Positions 1 to 13,079 of a stretch of 64,000 nt of DNA are shown here, piece after piece (positions within the stretch are counted from its first letter, which is position 1; every line of letters begins with the position of its first letter). Origin of the DNA: the human T2T-CHM13v2.0 reference genome, Homo sapiens; assembly GCF_009914755.1 (NCBI RefSeq), contig NC_060936.1. One strand, 5' to 3'. The position numbers and the translations under genes were made by a program. The notes beneath the pieces were generated by a model. That model saw nothing but the letters and a program-made list of their open reading frames with translations. It searched no databases and had not been told where the DNA came from.

Positions 1-347
1 CCAGGTATTCCACTTCAGGGTCATGGGTGGCTAAAACCTAACGCAGCTTAAGGCACAAGGTGGGAACCAGCCCTGGACAGGATGCCATCCCATCATAGGG
101 CATACTGACACACGACCCCATACTCACACTGGGACCATTTTGACCCACTAATAAGCCTAACATGCATATCTTTGGGATGTGGGAGAAAACTGGAGTCCCT
201 GGAAAAAACATATGCAGCTGTGGGGAGAATGTGCAAATTCCACAATGATACTGGTTTTATGCAGGAATTGATTTTTTTTTTTTTCTCATCAGTGTAATAA
301 CAAAACAACATCAAATAAAATGAATGACGTTATTAAAGAAGCTGCTG
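1..347 (+). mobile_element. MER6/MER6A (TcMar-Tigger-class) DNA transposon, 3' part
   Basis: Matches recalled MER6 motifs 'gggaaccagccctggacaggatgccatcccatc', 'catatctttgggatgtgggagaaaactggag' and the terminal 'ttattaaagaagctgctg' followed by TA. Confidence 0.75.
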
Positions 348-352
348 TATCC

Positions 353-750
353 TTTGACTGATGAATAAATAAACAAGATGTAGCATACGCATATAATCGA
401 ATACTATTCATCAGTAAAAATGAATTAAAACAAATAAATACATATGCTACAACATGGACATATCTCAAAAACCACATGCCAAGTGAAATAAGCCAGACAC
501 AACAGACTATAGTATGATTCAATTGGGGCCTAGGTAGGAATTATTTGCAAATGGGGTTGGGGAAAATTTTGAGGGTGATGGAAAAAAGTTCTAAAATGAG
601 ATTATGCTAGTGGTTACATAACCCTATAAACTATAGAAATATAAACTATAAAAATATAAAAAACTATAAAAATTGTTGACTTATGTACTTGCCATGGATA
701 CCTTTTAGAATATGTAAGTTATATCTAAAAAGCTGTACAAAATAAATTAA
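353..750 (+). mobile_element. Old L1M (L1MB/MC-like) 3' end fragment
   Basis: Typical L1M 3'UTR motifs 'atgctacaacatgga...aagtgaaataagccagacac' and 'gagggtgatggaaaaaagttctaaaa'. Confidence 0.65.
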
Positions 751-945
751 AGTCAGAAAATAATCACTGTGCCAACTTAAAAAGTAGAATAATTACTAAA
801 GAATAATAATTGCTAAAGTAATAATTACTAAAGAATCTTTATTCTTTAGTATTTAAATACATGGAATTATTAGAGATATATTTAATAAAGAAGAAAAAAC
901 AATAAATCGATCTTGCAAAAAAAATTGATGTCACATTATTCCTCA

Positions 946-1392
946 TGTGAACCCCGAATATCTGAGACAGGTTTCAGTTAATTTAGAAAGTTTATTTTGC
1001 CAAAGTTAAGGACACATGCCCTTGACACAGCCTCAGGAGGTCCTGGGGATATGTGCCCAAGGTGGCTGGGGCACAGCTGGGTTTTTTATATTTTAGGGAG
1101 ACATGAGACATCAATCAATATGTGTAATGTGTACATTGGTTATATCAGGAAAGGCAGGACAACTCAAAGCAGGGAGGGGGCTTCTAGGTCACAGGTAGAT
1201 AAAAGAAGATTGCATTTTTTTGAGTTTCTGATTAGCCTTTTTAAAGGAGGCAATCAGATATGCATTTATCTCAGTGAGCAGAGAGAAGACTTTGAATAGA
1301 ATGGGAGACAGGTTTTCCCTAAGCAGTTCCCAGCTTGATTTTTCCCTTTAGCTTAGTGATTTTGGGGCCTCAAGATTTATTTTCCTTTCACA
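946..1392 (-). mobile_element. MER4A1-type ERV1 solo LTR
   Basis: TG...CA termini; the minus strand begins tgtgaaaggaaaataaatcttgaggcccc; near-identical 4-bp TSD ctca/ttca. Confidence 0.85.
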
Positions 1393-1794
1393 TTCATAAT
1401 GAAATGTAGGTTACTTAGTTGACCTTTATTTTATGTTTTCAAACTGGAAAAAAGGGTTTAATTAGCTAGATTCACTTAACTGCAATAATTTTAGATGATT
1501 TAACGTATTATTAGAAAAAAATTTAAATATTTGGAATTCTTGTTAGTCATATTATAATAATATAATTTGAAGATTTTTTCTCTTCACTCCTTTTAATAAA
1601 TATTGCTTAAAAAACAAGTATAGTTATTTCAAAGATTGTGATGCAAAATTTAAGTCTGCCAAATACATCAACATTTATTTTGCTGGTATGTTAATGATAT
1701 TGAATGTGGTTTAAGGGAAATGCTTTTTGACCAAAGAGTCAGAGACTACAGAACATTCTGATTTTGAATGACCTCCCTAGAACTCTGATTTCTG

Positions 1795-1960
1795 CGTTAT
1801 TTAGAATACTGGTTGGGAGAGATGTTAGTGGTTCACATCAAATAAGTTTAGGAAGAATAGATTAGAGAAAGTTAAGCAGATATAGTTACTATGTTATTTG
1901 GATCGCAGATCTCCAAAGAGAAGATACAGTGTATAAAATTTATGTAATTTAATTGATAAT
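1795..1960. mobile_element. Degraded hAT-Charlie MITE relic (MER112-like)
   Basis: 'tcaaataagtttagg...aaagttaagcaga...atctccaaagagaagatacagt' resembles the recalled consensus; highly diverged. Confidence 0.35.
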
Positions 1961-2229
1961 AAAATATTGGCTATTGATAATAACTGAAGATGTGAATGAT
2001 CTATAATTTTTGGTTTAAGACATACTGAATTTTGTTATTTTTCTAAATCAGAAAACATGTTTTGTACCCTCTTGTACCACTATAATAAAAAATTCAAACT
2101 CAGTTATTACTGGGGATCTTTTCTTTCCTCTTCAAAGTATCTTGGTTTATACGACAGACTACAGGAGGGTATGGCCTTTACACATGGGGATCATTATTTT
2201 TATTATTGATCTTTCTACTAAATTCAGCT

Positions 2230-2540
2230 ATGTGAAGGCGGGGTCCTGAGATGGTCCTATGCTTTAAGCGGATTTAGAAATACTCCCTTTAGTGGCTAAC
2301 CACTCTGACACTAGACTAACCCATGTAAAATATCATCAGAGGCATTTTCCATTTAAGATTCAGTACCCCATAATTGCATACATCCCTTAAAGGCCTTGGG
2401 ATAGTCTCTAGCAAATTTTTCACCTGGTCATATGTTTTTGAAATTTTTGCAATGTTTTTTTAAATGCAGTTGATAGACTCCTATCTCTATCTTCTCAATG
2501 TTTCTTCAATCATATATTCTCTTGTGTTCAATGTCTTTGA
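2230..2540 (-). mobile_element. Possible ancient RTE/L4-type LINE reverse transcriptase relic
   Basis: Minus-strand translation across stops and frameshifts gives SLSTAF..ISKTYDQV..YGV..IFY..SVRV..EYF..LKHRTISGP, loosely matching RT motifs KAFDSV ... GxxQGCxLSP. Confidence 0.3.
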
Positions 2541-3146
2541 AGTAACATAGCTAATTTGGGGTGTATGATTAAGTTGGATTGAGTAGCGTTATATTTGTGG
2601 TTCACTGTCACATCTGTATAAAGTTATTTATAACTGATGTAGGAATACTACTAATACCCACCGCGCTGACTCATCCTGTATTATTGTGACATACAAGTGT
2701 CACAAAATTTATGTTAAGTGCAGCTCATATTCTTTTCCTGATTGGAGAAAAGACTACCTCCAAAGTACCTCATATTGTTAACTAATTCAGTATTTTGCAG
2801 TATTGTATGTATTTTTTTGAAATGTGGCTTCTTTGTTGAATATTTTGAACACAGAGTGACTAGTAACTCTGTCACCCATGCAGTTTGGGTTTTTCTTTAT
2901 TGTTTAAGTGTAATAAAATGTTCACTATAAAGTTGTTCGAGCCTCCTAAGATAAGTAAAATATCTTATGAAAACTCTAAAATACATTTTGCAGAATTAGA
3001 AAAGAAACTCATTCACTAATGAGATGCAAAATTTGTATTAATAAAGTTGATAAAGCTTGAATACCCTATTTTAGCAATAATTAGAATGGCATTTAAGACA
3101 ATTCCAATACATAATGTTAGAATTTGCAGATACCTGGTTTGAATGT

Positions 3147-4113
3147 ATAAACTAAAGAGCTTTTGCATGGCAAAAGGAACAGTCAGGAGAGTAAACAGAC
3201 CACCCATAGAGTGGGAGGAAATCTTCACAACCTATACATCTGACAAAGGACTATTATCCAGAATCTACAACGAACTCAAACAAATTAGTAAGCAAAAAAG
3301 CAAACAATCCCAACAAAAAGTGGGCTAAGGACATGAATAGACAACTCTCAAAAGAAAATACATAAATGGCCAACAAACGCGAAAAAGTGCTCAACATCAA
3401 TAATGATTAGGGAAATGCAAATCAAAACCGTAATGCAATACCACCTTACTCCTACAAGAATGGCCATAATCAAACAATCAAAAAATAATAGATGTTGGCA
3501 TGGATGCAGTGAACAGGGAACACTTCTACATTGCTGGTGGGCATATAAACCAGTGCAACCACTATGTAAAAGTGTGTGGAGATTCCTTAAAAAACTAAAA
3601 GTAGATCTACCATTTGATCCAGCAATCCCACTACTGGGTATCTACCCCGGGGAAAATAAATCATTATATGTAAAAGATACTTGCAGATGCATGTTTATAA
3701 CAGCACAATTCACCATTGCAAATATATATAAGATATATATATATGAAGGAAAACTACTCAGCCATAAAAAAGTAATAAATTATGGCATTTGCAGCAACTG
3801 GATGAGATTGGAAACTATTATTCTAAGAAGCAACTCACAAATGGAAAACCAAACTTTGTATGTTCTCACTCATAAATGGGAGCTAAGCTATGAAGGTGCA
3901 AAGGCATAAGAATAACACAATGGACTTTGAGGACAAGGGAGAAAGGGTGAGGGGGGGTGAGGAATGAAAGACTACAAATTGAGTTCAGTGTGCACTGCTC
4001 GGTTAATGGGTGCTCCAAAATCTCACAAATCACCACTAAATAACTTACTCATGTAACCAAACACCACCTGTTCCCCAATTACCTATAGAAATAATTACAT
4101 TAAATTTAAAAAA
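3147..4113 (+). mobile_element. L1PB1-like 5'-truncated LINE-1 (ORF2 C-terminus and 3'UTR)
   Basis: ORFs 3143-3328 and 3403-3909 are L1 ORF2 C-terminal peptides (REMQIKT..CW..HCWW); L1PB-type 3'UTR 'aatcaccactaaa..catgtaaccaaacaccacctg'. Confidence 0.9.
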
Positions 4114-4116
4114 AGT

Positions 4117-4643
4117 TGTAATAGATGGTTAGCATGGAGGCTCCAATATTTCATACTCTTCTCTTTCCCTGTCCTTTGCAATGTGACGTGGCATGTCTGC
4201 CAGTCAGCCTTTTGAAATTAGACTAGACTTGTGAGTGCTTTGGCCAATAGAATGCCAGTGTGCAGGTTCTGACTCTAGGCCTCAAGAGGCTTTGTGTCCT
4301 TCTAGAACTATATCATCTCTGCCATTGCCAAGAGAATAAATCTGGGTACGAGAAGGCTACTGGAAGGTGAGAAACTACATAGAGAGGATATATGCCATTC
4401 CCATTGGAAGTCATTCCAGACCAGCCAGCATTCATCTGATCAGCCTAACTGAAGGCAGATCTGTCTGTATCTGAGTTTCTCAGTAGACTGAGCCCAGTGG
4501 AAATCAGCGGAACCCACTCCAGATCAGCACAACCAACCAGCTAAATCAGATTATTGAGAAACATTAAATGATGGTTGTTCTAGCCAAATTAAGTTTGAAG
4601 TGAGATTATTATGCATGGTATTGTGACAATAGGTGCTTGAGAA
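4117..4643 (+). mobile_element. MLT1 (MLT1G/H-like) MaLR solo LTR
   Basis: MLT1 motifs 'gctttggccaatagaatg', 'ctaggcctcaagaggc' and a 3' end 'ttattatgcatgg..gacaatag'. Confidence 0.7.
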
Positions 4644-4774
4644 AGAGGGACACATTCTTTGTTCTTATTTTTATTAATAAAATAAGAGAAAATGCAGATA
4701 AGAATTAATAAAATGTGGGAAATATAAGAAATGTGCAGTAAAAGTAGTAGAAATTATTCTGATAATGTAGACAA

Positions 4775-5248
4775 TGTAGAGGGCTGCAGAGGGGCCACCC
4801 AATAAGTTATGTTCACATCCTAGTTCTTCAAACCTATACTGTTACCTTATCTGAAGACAATAAAAAGGGTCTTTGCAGATATAATTAAGGATGTTGAGAT
4901 AAAGGGATCATTGTGGATGATCCAGCTGGCTCTACATCCAATAACAAGTGCTGTTATAAGACACACAAATGAGAAGACTGACACAAAGAAGGCAATATGG
5001 GGACAAAGGCAGAAATTGAAATGATGTAGAAATGAGCTCAGGAAGCTTGCAACTGCCAAAAGGCAGAAGATGCATGAAATAATTTCTTCCCTAAAATCAC
5101 TGTAGGGAGTGTAGGGAGGAAATTAAGGTTTACCAAAACGTTAATTTTAGAATACTGACCTTTAGAACTGTGAGAGAGTAAATTTCTGTTGTTTAAAGCC
5201 ACCAAGTTTATGGTAAGTTTGTTACAGCAGCTTTAGGAAATTACTACA
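4775..5248 (+). mobile_element. MLT1C-like MaLR solo LTR
   Basis: 'aaaagggtctttgcagatataattaagg'; 'agaactgtgagagagtaaatttctgttgtttaaagccaccaag..gttacagcagc..ggaaattactaca'. Confidence 0.8.
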
Positions 5249-5449
5249 TATACCAAGCAGTAATTTTTAGCAAAAATATTTTAAACCACATGGTAGTGAT
5301 AATTAACTGAGTAACTGACTTCAAACTGAAGTCAAATATGAACTAATAGGTTGTTTAGTAATCCATTTAATATTAAAAAGTGAATCACAAAACACAGTAA
5401 AAATTTAAATTCTTTCTGATTTCACATGAAAATTGATATACAGATTCTT

Positions 5450-5767
<318 letters not shown>

Positions 5768-5924
5768 TAAAATTTATAAGTTACTATGGCACATACATCT
5801 ATAGTAAATAGGTTAATTAATATAATCAAGGTAAAAACTATGTTGAATTAGCCACTGCCCAAATTATCTTGAAATGCCTGAATATATTACATCTTGATGG
5901 CAGTTTCCCACATGTGACAATACT

Positions 5925-6209
5925 GTCATATCCACAGACTCAATTAGCCACAGATTGAAAATATTTAAAAAATTAAAATGCAATAATTTAAAAAGTACAA
6001 ATAAAACCATACAGTATAACAACTAATTACAGAAAACTTGCATAGTATTAGGTATTATAAGTTATCTAGAGTTAAAGTATATAGGAGAATATACATAGGT
6101 AATATGTAAATATAATGTAATTTTATATAAGAGACTTGAGCATCCACAGATTTGGGTGTTTATGGGCATCCTGGAACAAATTCTCCATATATATCAAGGG
6201 GCAACTCTA
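5925..6209. mobile_element. MER2 (Tigger MITE)
   Basis: 'tattaggtattataag..tctaga', 'ttttatataagagacttgagcatccacagattt' and 'cctggaacaaattctcca..atatcaagggg'. Confidence 0.85.
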
Positions 6210-6221
6210 ACCTTAAAAATA

Positions 6222-6670
6222 CACATATTACCAATAAAAATTTTGAATATGATACAAACTTTTCTAAACTATCAATGACAAAAAACAAATTGTGATTCAT
6301 AACTCTAAAGAAAGACTCAATTTTCTTTCTCTTCTCACTATAGCAAATCATATTACAAAATAATTTTCATACAGGAAGAATATGTATATATCACAGAATA
6401 TATAACCAAAAACGAAAACCAAAAATTTATTTTACAGATCTAACAGGAGAGCTAATAAATAAAATGCATTTTATTTTTGAATATTTATGGTGATGATTGT
6501 CAGCTGTTTAAAAAATATAATTTTTTGAAATTTGTTTTTCATATTCTAAACAAACATGCACTTTACTATCTAAGTTGGTATTCATAATTTTAACATTTTT
6601 TTTCTTGAAGAGTTTTTTCCCTGTGATGTGTATAAGCTTTATGACCTACAAAAATCTTGATCTGCTGTTG
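6222..6670 (+). mobile_element. hAT-Tip100 (Zaphod/MER115-like) 3' fragment
   Basis: Degraded hAT dimerisation-domain coding sequence 'ttttctaaactatcaatgac..gaaagactcaatttt' and terminal 'tataagcttt..cctacaaaa..gatctgc'. Confidence 0.6.
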
Positions 6671-6896
6671 GCCTTAATGACATTCTTAAATCTGTGGCTG
6701 TCTTTGTCTTGTCCATACTAGCATCCAAAAATAGTCAGCTTATGATTTATTGTGTCCTGGTCTCTGCCACTTGAGGAAGACCCTGAAGCTTCCTTCTCCC
6801 TTCCTATGGTCAGAGCTTCTCTATTTCTCATGGTTCAGAATTATTGGCTAGTCTGGGACAGTCCTGTTTGGGACAGTCCAACTATTCACTTCTCTA

Positions 6897-7531
6897 TTGT
6901 GGGAGTGTAAACTAGTTCAACCATTGTGGAAGACATTGTGGCTATTCCTCAAGGATCTAGAACCAGAAATACCATTTGACCCAGCAATCCCATTATTGGG
7001 TGTATACCCTAAGGATTATAAATAATTCTACTATAAAAACACATGCACACATATGCTTATTGCAGCGCTATTTACAACAGCAAAGACTTGGAACCAACCC
7101 AAATGCCCATCAATGATAGACTGGTTAAAGAAAATGTGGCACATATACACCATGGAATACTATGGAGCCATAAAAAAGAATGAATTCATGTCTTTTGCAG
7201 GGACATGGATGAAGCTGGAAGCCCTCATTTTCAGCAAACTAACACAGGAACAGAAAACCAAACACCACATGTTCTCACTCATAAGTGGAAGTTGAACAAT
7301 GAGAATACATGGACACAGGGAAGGGAACATCACACAATGTTGCCTGTTGCAGGGTTAGGAGCAAGGTAAGGGAGAGAATTAGGAAAAATACCTAATGCAT
7401 GTGGGGCTTAAAACCTAGATGAAGGGTTGATGGGTGCAGCAAACAACCATGGCACATATATACCTATGTAACAAACCTGCACATTCTGCAGATGTATCCC
7501 AGAATTTAAAGTAAAATAAAAAAAAAAAAAA
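6897..7531 (+). mobile_element. L1PA7/8-like 5'-truncated LINE-1 3' end with poly-A
   Basis: ORF 7053-7295 is the ORF2 C-terminus (WNQPKCPSMIDW..); L1PA 3'UTR and A tail. Confidence 0.92.
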
Positions 7532-8626
7532 GGAAAAGACAAGAAAAACAAAACACTCTTACCTTTCCACTGGATGCAAAGGAACCTATCCTTACTTATT
7601 CAAAGCTCTTCTTCTGTCAAAGAAAAAGAGAAATTAACTTCTTCTATTGTATCTTACACTGCCACAGAAAATTAAGGCATGCCACAATTTTTCCTGAGAA
7701 ATGATTTAAAACAAGGTATTTTAAGAATTTAAATTGGCTTAGATGGAACCTTAGAACCTTTCCCCTGACCACCTTCCCGTCACCTCATCCCACTTCCTAT
7801 CACCTTAATAACCTTTGATTTGAGTCCCCAGATGTAGGAAATTTAATTTCGGTAGTAATTTTGGAGTTGGTGAGATTTCACATCTCAAATTTACGTTTTT
7901 TTCCTCACATAAGGAACTAAAAAAAAGGGCATCTTTTGCCTTGACAGCAATTAAAATGAACTGCCATTCTTGGAGTTCCTCAACGTGCATTTACCTACAG
8001 GCCTTTGCCAGCTGTTACAAATTCTCCCTCATGGGTCATGCTTGACATTGCCACTGGCATGTATCTCTCTTTTCTTTGTCACCAAGACTCTGCCCCTCCT
8101 GTCACTGTCAGTCTTCCACTGTAGCCTTCATGTCACTGCTGAGAGTGTTCTCACAGAGGTGGCTGGGGCACCCTTTCACTTGGGAGACTGCTGCTCTCTT
8201 CTTATCTTACAGCTTCCAATGTCAAGCAATTACTCTCATCTTCTGCTCAGGGAATATTTGAATGTTAACACGACATACACTAGAAAATGTTCTTTTCCGT
8301 GTTCTTTTTAATCACTAGATCATTACTAGACCTTATATTTCTGTTCTCATCTCAGGTGAGTTTCCCCACCCTTCATCCATATGCATTATCTAAAAGGGCA
8401 GTGATGGTCTTGCCCCAACCCTAACATATATTTATATTTTGCCTCAAATAGTAACATTATATTTTTCCATGTATTTATGTTTTTTTTTTCTTACAGGAAG
8501 TACATCTGCTCTTATGTACATAGAAGTCTTGATGGCCCACCCATGTGTGCTAGTGGAAATATAAGTTAGAGTCTTTGTTGGGTCCAGAAAGGAAAGGTTG
8601 TACAGGGGGATAGCAACTATTCTTTC

Positions 8627-8936
<310 letters not shown>

Positions 8937-9027
8937 TAGCAACTGTTCTTTCATGAATTTTTCCTCCACAGAAAGTATAATTTTGTCTTATATATAATAA
9001 ATGTATATATAAAATATATATGCATAG

Positions 9028-9375
<348 letters not shown>

Positions 9376-9808
9376 TAAACACACATTACTGAGTAGAATA
9401 TCCCAAAGACTGCCAATACATTTTTTCCATTTGGTCAAGAAGGCGGTTTCCAAAATCCCATAGAAATCTTTTAATAACTATATCAATATTATTTCTCCCC
9501 TCATTTAACCCTCCAACTAACCCTTATTAAAGTTTTACCACCTACCTCCTATACAAAAGATTAATGATGTTTGGAAACATTCTATAGATGATTTTTCTAA
9601 GTCACTGTGAGACAAGTTGCATTAAAATGACATGAGACAGACTAAAAATGATTGAAATAAATTATTCTTATAAAAAGAACATTTTAGAGATTAGTTTTAA
9701 AATGAATAATAAAGTTTCTTTTAGAGTTTTAAAGACTAAGGACATATTAATCAAAGAAAATTAGAGACACGTGGAACAGTACAAAGAACACATAAATATT
9801 ATGTAAAA

Positions 9809-10017
9809 CATGGATGTCCAAACTTTTGGCTTCCCTAGACCACATTGGAAGAAGAAGAATTGTTTTGGGCCACACATAAAATACACTAACACTGATGAGC
9901 TTAAAAAGAAAAAGAAATCTCATGATGTTTTAAGAAAGTTTACAAATTTGTGTTGGATCACATTCAAAGCCATCCTGGGACTCACGCAGCCCACAGGCCA
10001 CAGGTTGGATAAGCTTG
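9809..10017 (+). mobile_element. MER30 (hAT-Charlie MITE)
   Basis: MER30 body; TIR-like ends catggatgtccaaac...gttggataagcttg; perfect 8-bp hAT TSD atgtaaaa at 9801-9808 and 10018-10025. Confidence 0.92.
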
Positions 10018-10769
10018 ATGTAAAATTCTACTTCATAGAAATAACCACTGTTAATTTCCTCTTACATATATATTCATGTTTATATACACAGATATGCACA
10101 GAACTGGAATCACACTGAACATATTTATTTATATACTCACTGTAATCATTCTTTCCATTTAATTTATTTTATACACTTTTAATATATTTAATGTATTGTG
10201 AACTTTTCCTTAGCTTAAAAATATTCTTCTAAGCCATTGCATTTAAATACAATGCTGTGGCTTGATTTTTTTTGCTCATAAAGCAAGACATTATCATGTG
10301 GATATAAATAATGGGAAAAGGCAAAGGCCATAGATAATTGAAATGTTATTTTGATGAGATATAGTTCTCTTTTTTTTCCCTTAAATAACTAATTGTTTGA
10401 CTAATAAACCTAGAGCTAGGGATTCTAACCCTGAGTCTTAAACTACCTAGGTTATATGGAATAAAAATTCATAAAAGCAAATTGATGGCCAATATGTGCC
10501 AAATGCTTTTAGTAACTTATAAATTTTGAAGCATTCAAAACCTCCCACGTAAAGGGTCATTGTGTGTGGGTAAGGATCATTAAGGAAAAATGTATAGGTA
10601 TTTATTTTGCACTATTTGCAGAACCAAAGGAATATTTTGAGTGAGGTACCAATGCATGACAATAATGTCAGAATGATAAAGGATTTCAGAATGCACATTA
10701 AAAGCTATGACTATTAGGAATACTGCTAGTAGTCATATTTACAATAAATATTTGAGGAATTGCTCATGA

Positions 10770-11090
10770 AATGAGCAACAAATCTAGATTGATAGAAACT
10801 TTTATTTGAAAGGATGAGTGCAAGGAGAGAAAGGGACTATTTACAATAGGGCGAATGTTCTAACTAAAGGGTCTTCCAAGCATCTCAAGAGTTAGGCAGA
10901 AAGGGGTTTTCTTTTACAGAGATGAGTAAACAATGCTGGAAAGAACGAGGTGTAGGGAATGGGGATGAAAGATAGGGTGGCATGATTGGAGGGCATGCCA
11001 AGGAATATTTTAACCTAAGACCAGCCTGTTTTCAGGAGGTCTGCATGCTGGCTCAGACTGAGGGTGGGCCAAACCTCAGAAGCCTTCAGA
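10770..11090 (-). mobile_element. Old ERV1-class LTR fragment (MER89/MER90-like)
   Basis: Antisense polyA-signal-like sequence near 10801 and 'catctcaag..tttcttttacaga', 'tgattgg' (CCAAT); family assignment uncertain. Confidence 0.45.
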
Positions 11091-11128
11091 TCCAGAATTT
11101 TGAGAGTCTGTCTTTGGCTTTGTAATAG

Positions 11129-11760
11129 GTGTAATCATTAATGTTGTGTGTCAACTTGATTAGGTAACTGGGTGTCCAGATGTTTGGTTAAATATTATTT
11201 GTGAATGTGTCTGTGAGGGTGTTTCCAGATGAGAGGATGAGATTAACATTTCATTCAGTAGACTTAGTAAATCAGATGGCTCTCCCCAGTGTGAGTAGGC
11301 ACTAGCCAATTTGTTGAGGGCTTGAATAGAAAAAAGGGAAAGGACAAGCAAATTCACCCTTCTGTCTGAGTGTTTGAGCTGGAAATTCAAATTCACCCTT
11401 CTGTCTGAGTGTTTGAGCTGGAAATTCAAATTTACCCTTCTGTCTGAGTGTTTGAGCTGGAAATTCAAATTCACCCTTCTGTCTGAGTGTTTGAGGTGGA
11501 AATTCAAATTCACTCTTCTCTCTGAGTGTTTGAGCTGGAAATTCAAATTCACCCTTCTGTCTGAGTATTTGAGCTGGAAATTCAAATTCACTCTTCTGTC
11601 TGAGTGTTTGAGCTGAAATCTCAATTCTTCTCCTATCCTTGGACTGAGATTTATACCATCAGTATTCCTGGTTCTTATGCCTTTGGACTCAGAATGGAAT
11701 TGTACCACCAGCTTTCCTGGGGACTTCTGAGCCAATTCTTTATAATAAATTTATCTGTGT
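11129..11760 (+). mobile_element. MLT2 (ERV-L) LTR, MLT2C/D-like, containing a minisatellite and followed by Tigger3
   Basis: 5' end 'tgtaatcattaatgttgtgtgtcaacttga..tgtctgtgagggtgtttccagatgag'; 3' 'gccaattctttataataaat'. Confidence 0.88.
11349..11621. repeat. Minisatellite, 39-bp unit x7 (caaattcacccttctgtctgagtgtttgagctggaaatt)
   Basis: Units start at 11349, 11388, 11427, 11466, 11505, 11544 and 11583; units 1-6 have 0-2 substitutions each, unit 7 degrades at its end. Confidence 0.97.
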
Positions 11761-11828
11761 ATACACATACCCACAAAGAAATATAGACATATATACCTAC
11801 ACACAGAGAGAGAGAGAGAGAGAGAGAG

Positions 11829-13079
11829 GCAGGAATCACTTAACAAAAGGAATACATTTTATGAAATGCAGCCTTAGCCAATTTCATTGTTGTGTGTACA
11901 TCATATAGTGTACTTTCACAAACCTAATTTGTATATCCTTTTACACACTTAGGCTATATAGTATAGCTAAGTGTTTCTAAGCTACAAAACTGTACAGCAT
12001 GTTACTCTACTGAATACCATAGGCAATTATAACACAATAATCAGTATTTGTGTATGTAAACATATCTAAACATGGAAAAGGTACTGTTGAAGTATTGTAT
12101 AAAATATTTAAAGAAATTATACCCATGTAGAGGTCATTAGCCACTAATTGAGCTTGCAGGACCCAAATTTGCTCTTGGTGATTAAGAGGTGAGTGAATGT
12201 GAAGGCCTAGGACATTACTGTACAGTATTGTAGACTTTATAGACATTGTACACTTAGGATACATAGAAATTAATTTATAAAATTTTCTTTTTTTCTATAA
12301 ATTAATCTTAGCTCACTATTACTATTTTACTTTATAAACTTTTAGATTTTAAATTTTTTGACTCTTTTCTAATAATACTTAGCTTAAAACACAAACACAT
12401 TGTACAACTGTACAAAAATATTTTTATCTCCTTATTCTATAAGCCTTTTACTATTTTTGAAATGTTTTATTTTATTTTTTACTTTTTAAACTTTTTTTTG
12501 TTAAAAAGTAAGACACAAACACACATATCAGCCTAGGCCTACAATGGGTCAGGATTATCAATATTATTCTCTTCCACCTTCACATCTTGTCCCACTGGAA
12601 GGTCGTCAGGGGCAAAAACACACGCGCAGCTGTCATCTCCTATAATAAAAATGCCTTCTTCTGAAATATTTCATGAGCATCCTGCCTGAGGCTGATTTAT
12701 AGTTAACTTTTTTTTATTAGTAGAAGGAGTACACTCTAAAATTGCAATAAAAGTATAGTGCAGTAAGTACCAGTATAAATACATTCACCAATATCATAAG
12801 TCATTTGTTATCAAGTATTATGTTACTGCACATATTTGTATGCATTATACTTTTATATGACTGGCAACACAGTAGGTTTGTTTACACCAGCATTATCACA
12901 AACATGAGTGATGTGTTGCAATATAATGTTAGGTTGACTACAACCCTACCAGGTGATAGAAATATTTTATTTCAATAAAAAATTACAATCCTATGGGGTT
13001 ACATTACATTACAATCCTATGGGGCCATCATTATATATGCAGTGCATTGTTGACCAAAATGTTATGTGTCACATGACTG
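11829..13079 (-). mobile_element. Tigger3b (Golem-derived) non-autonomous DNA transposon
   Basis: About 1.25 kb; 'aggctatatagtatagc..gctacaaaactgtacagcatgttact'; terminal '..tgaccaaaatgttatgtgtcacatgactg|ta'. Confidence 0.85.

Noticed and set aside
11349-11621. CRISPR-like array
   Set aside because: Head-to-tail tandem units with no unique spacers, inside a mammalian LTR, with no cas genes.
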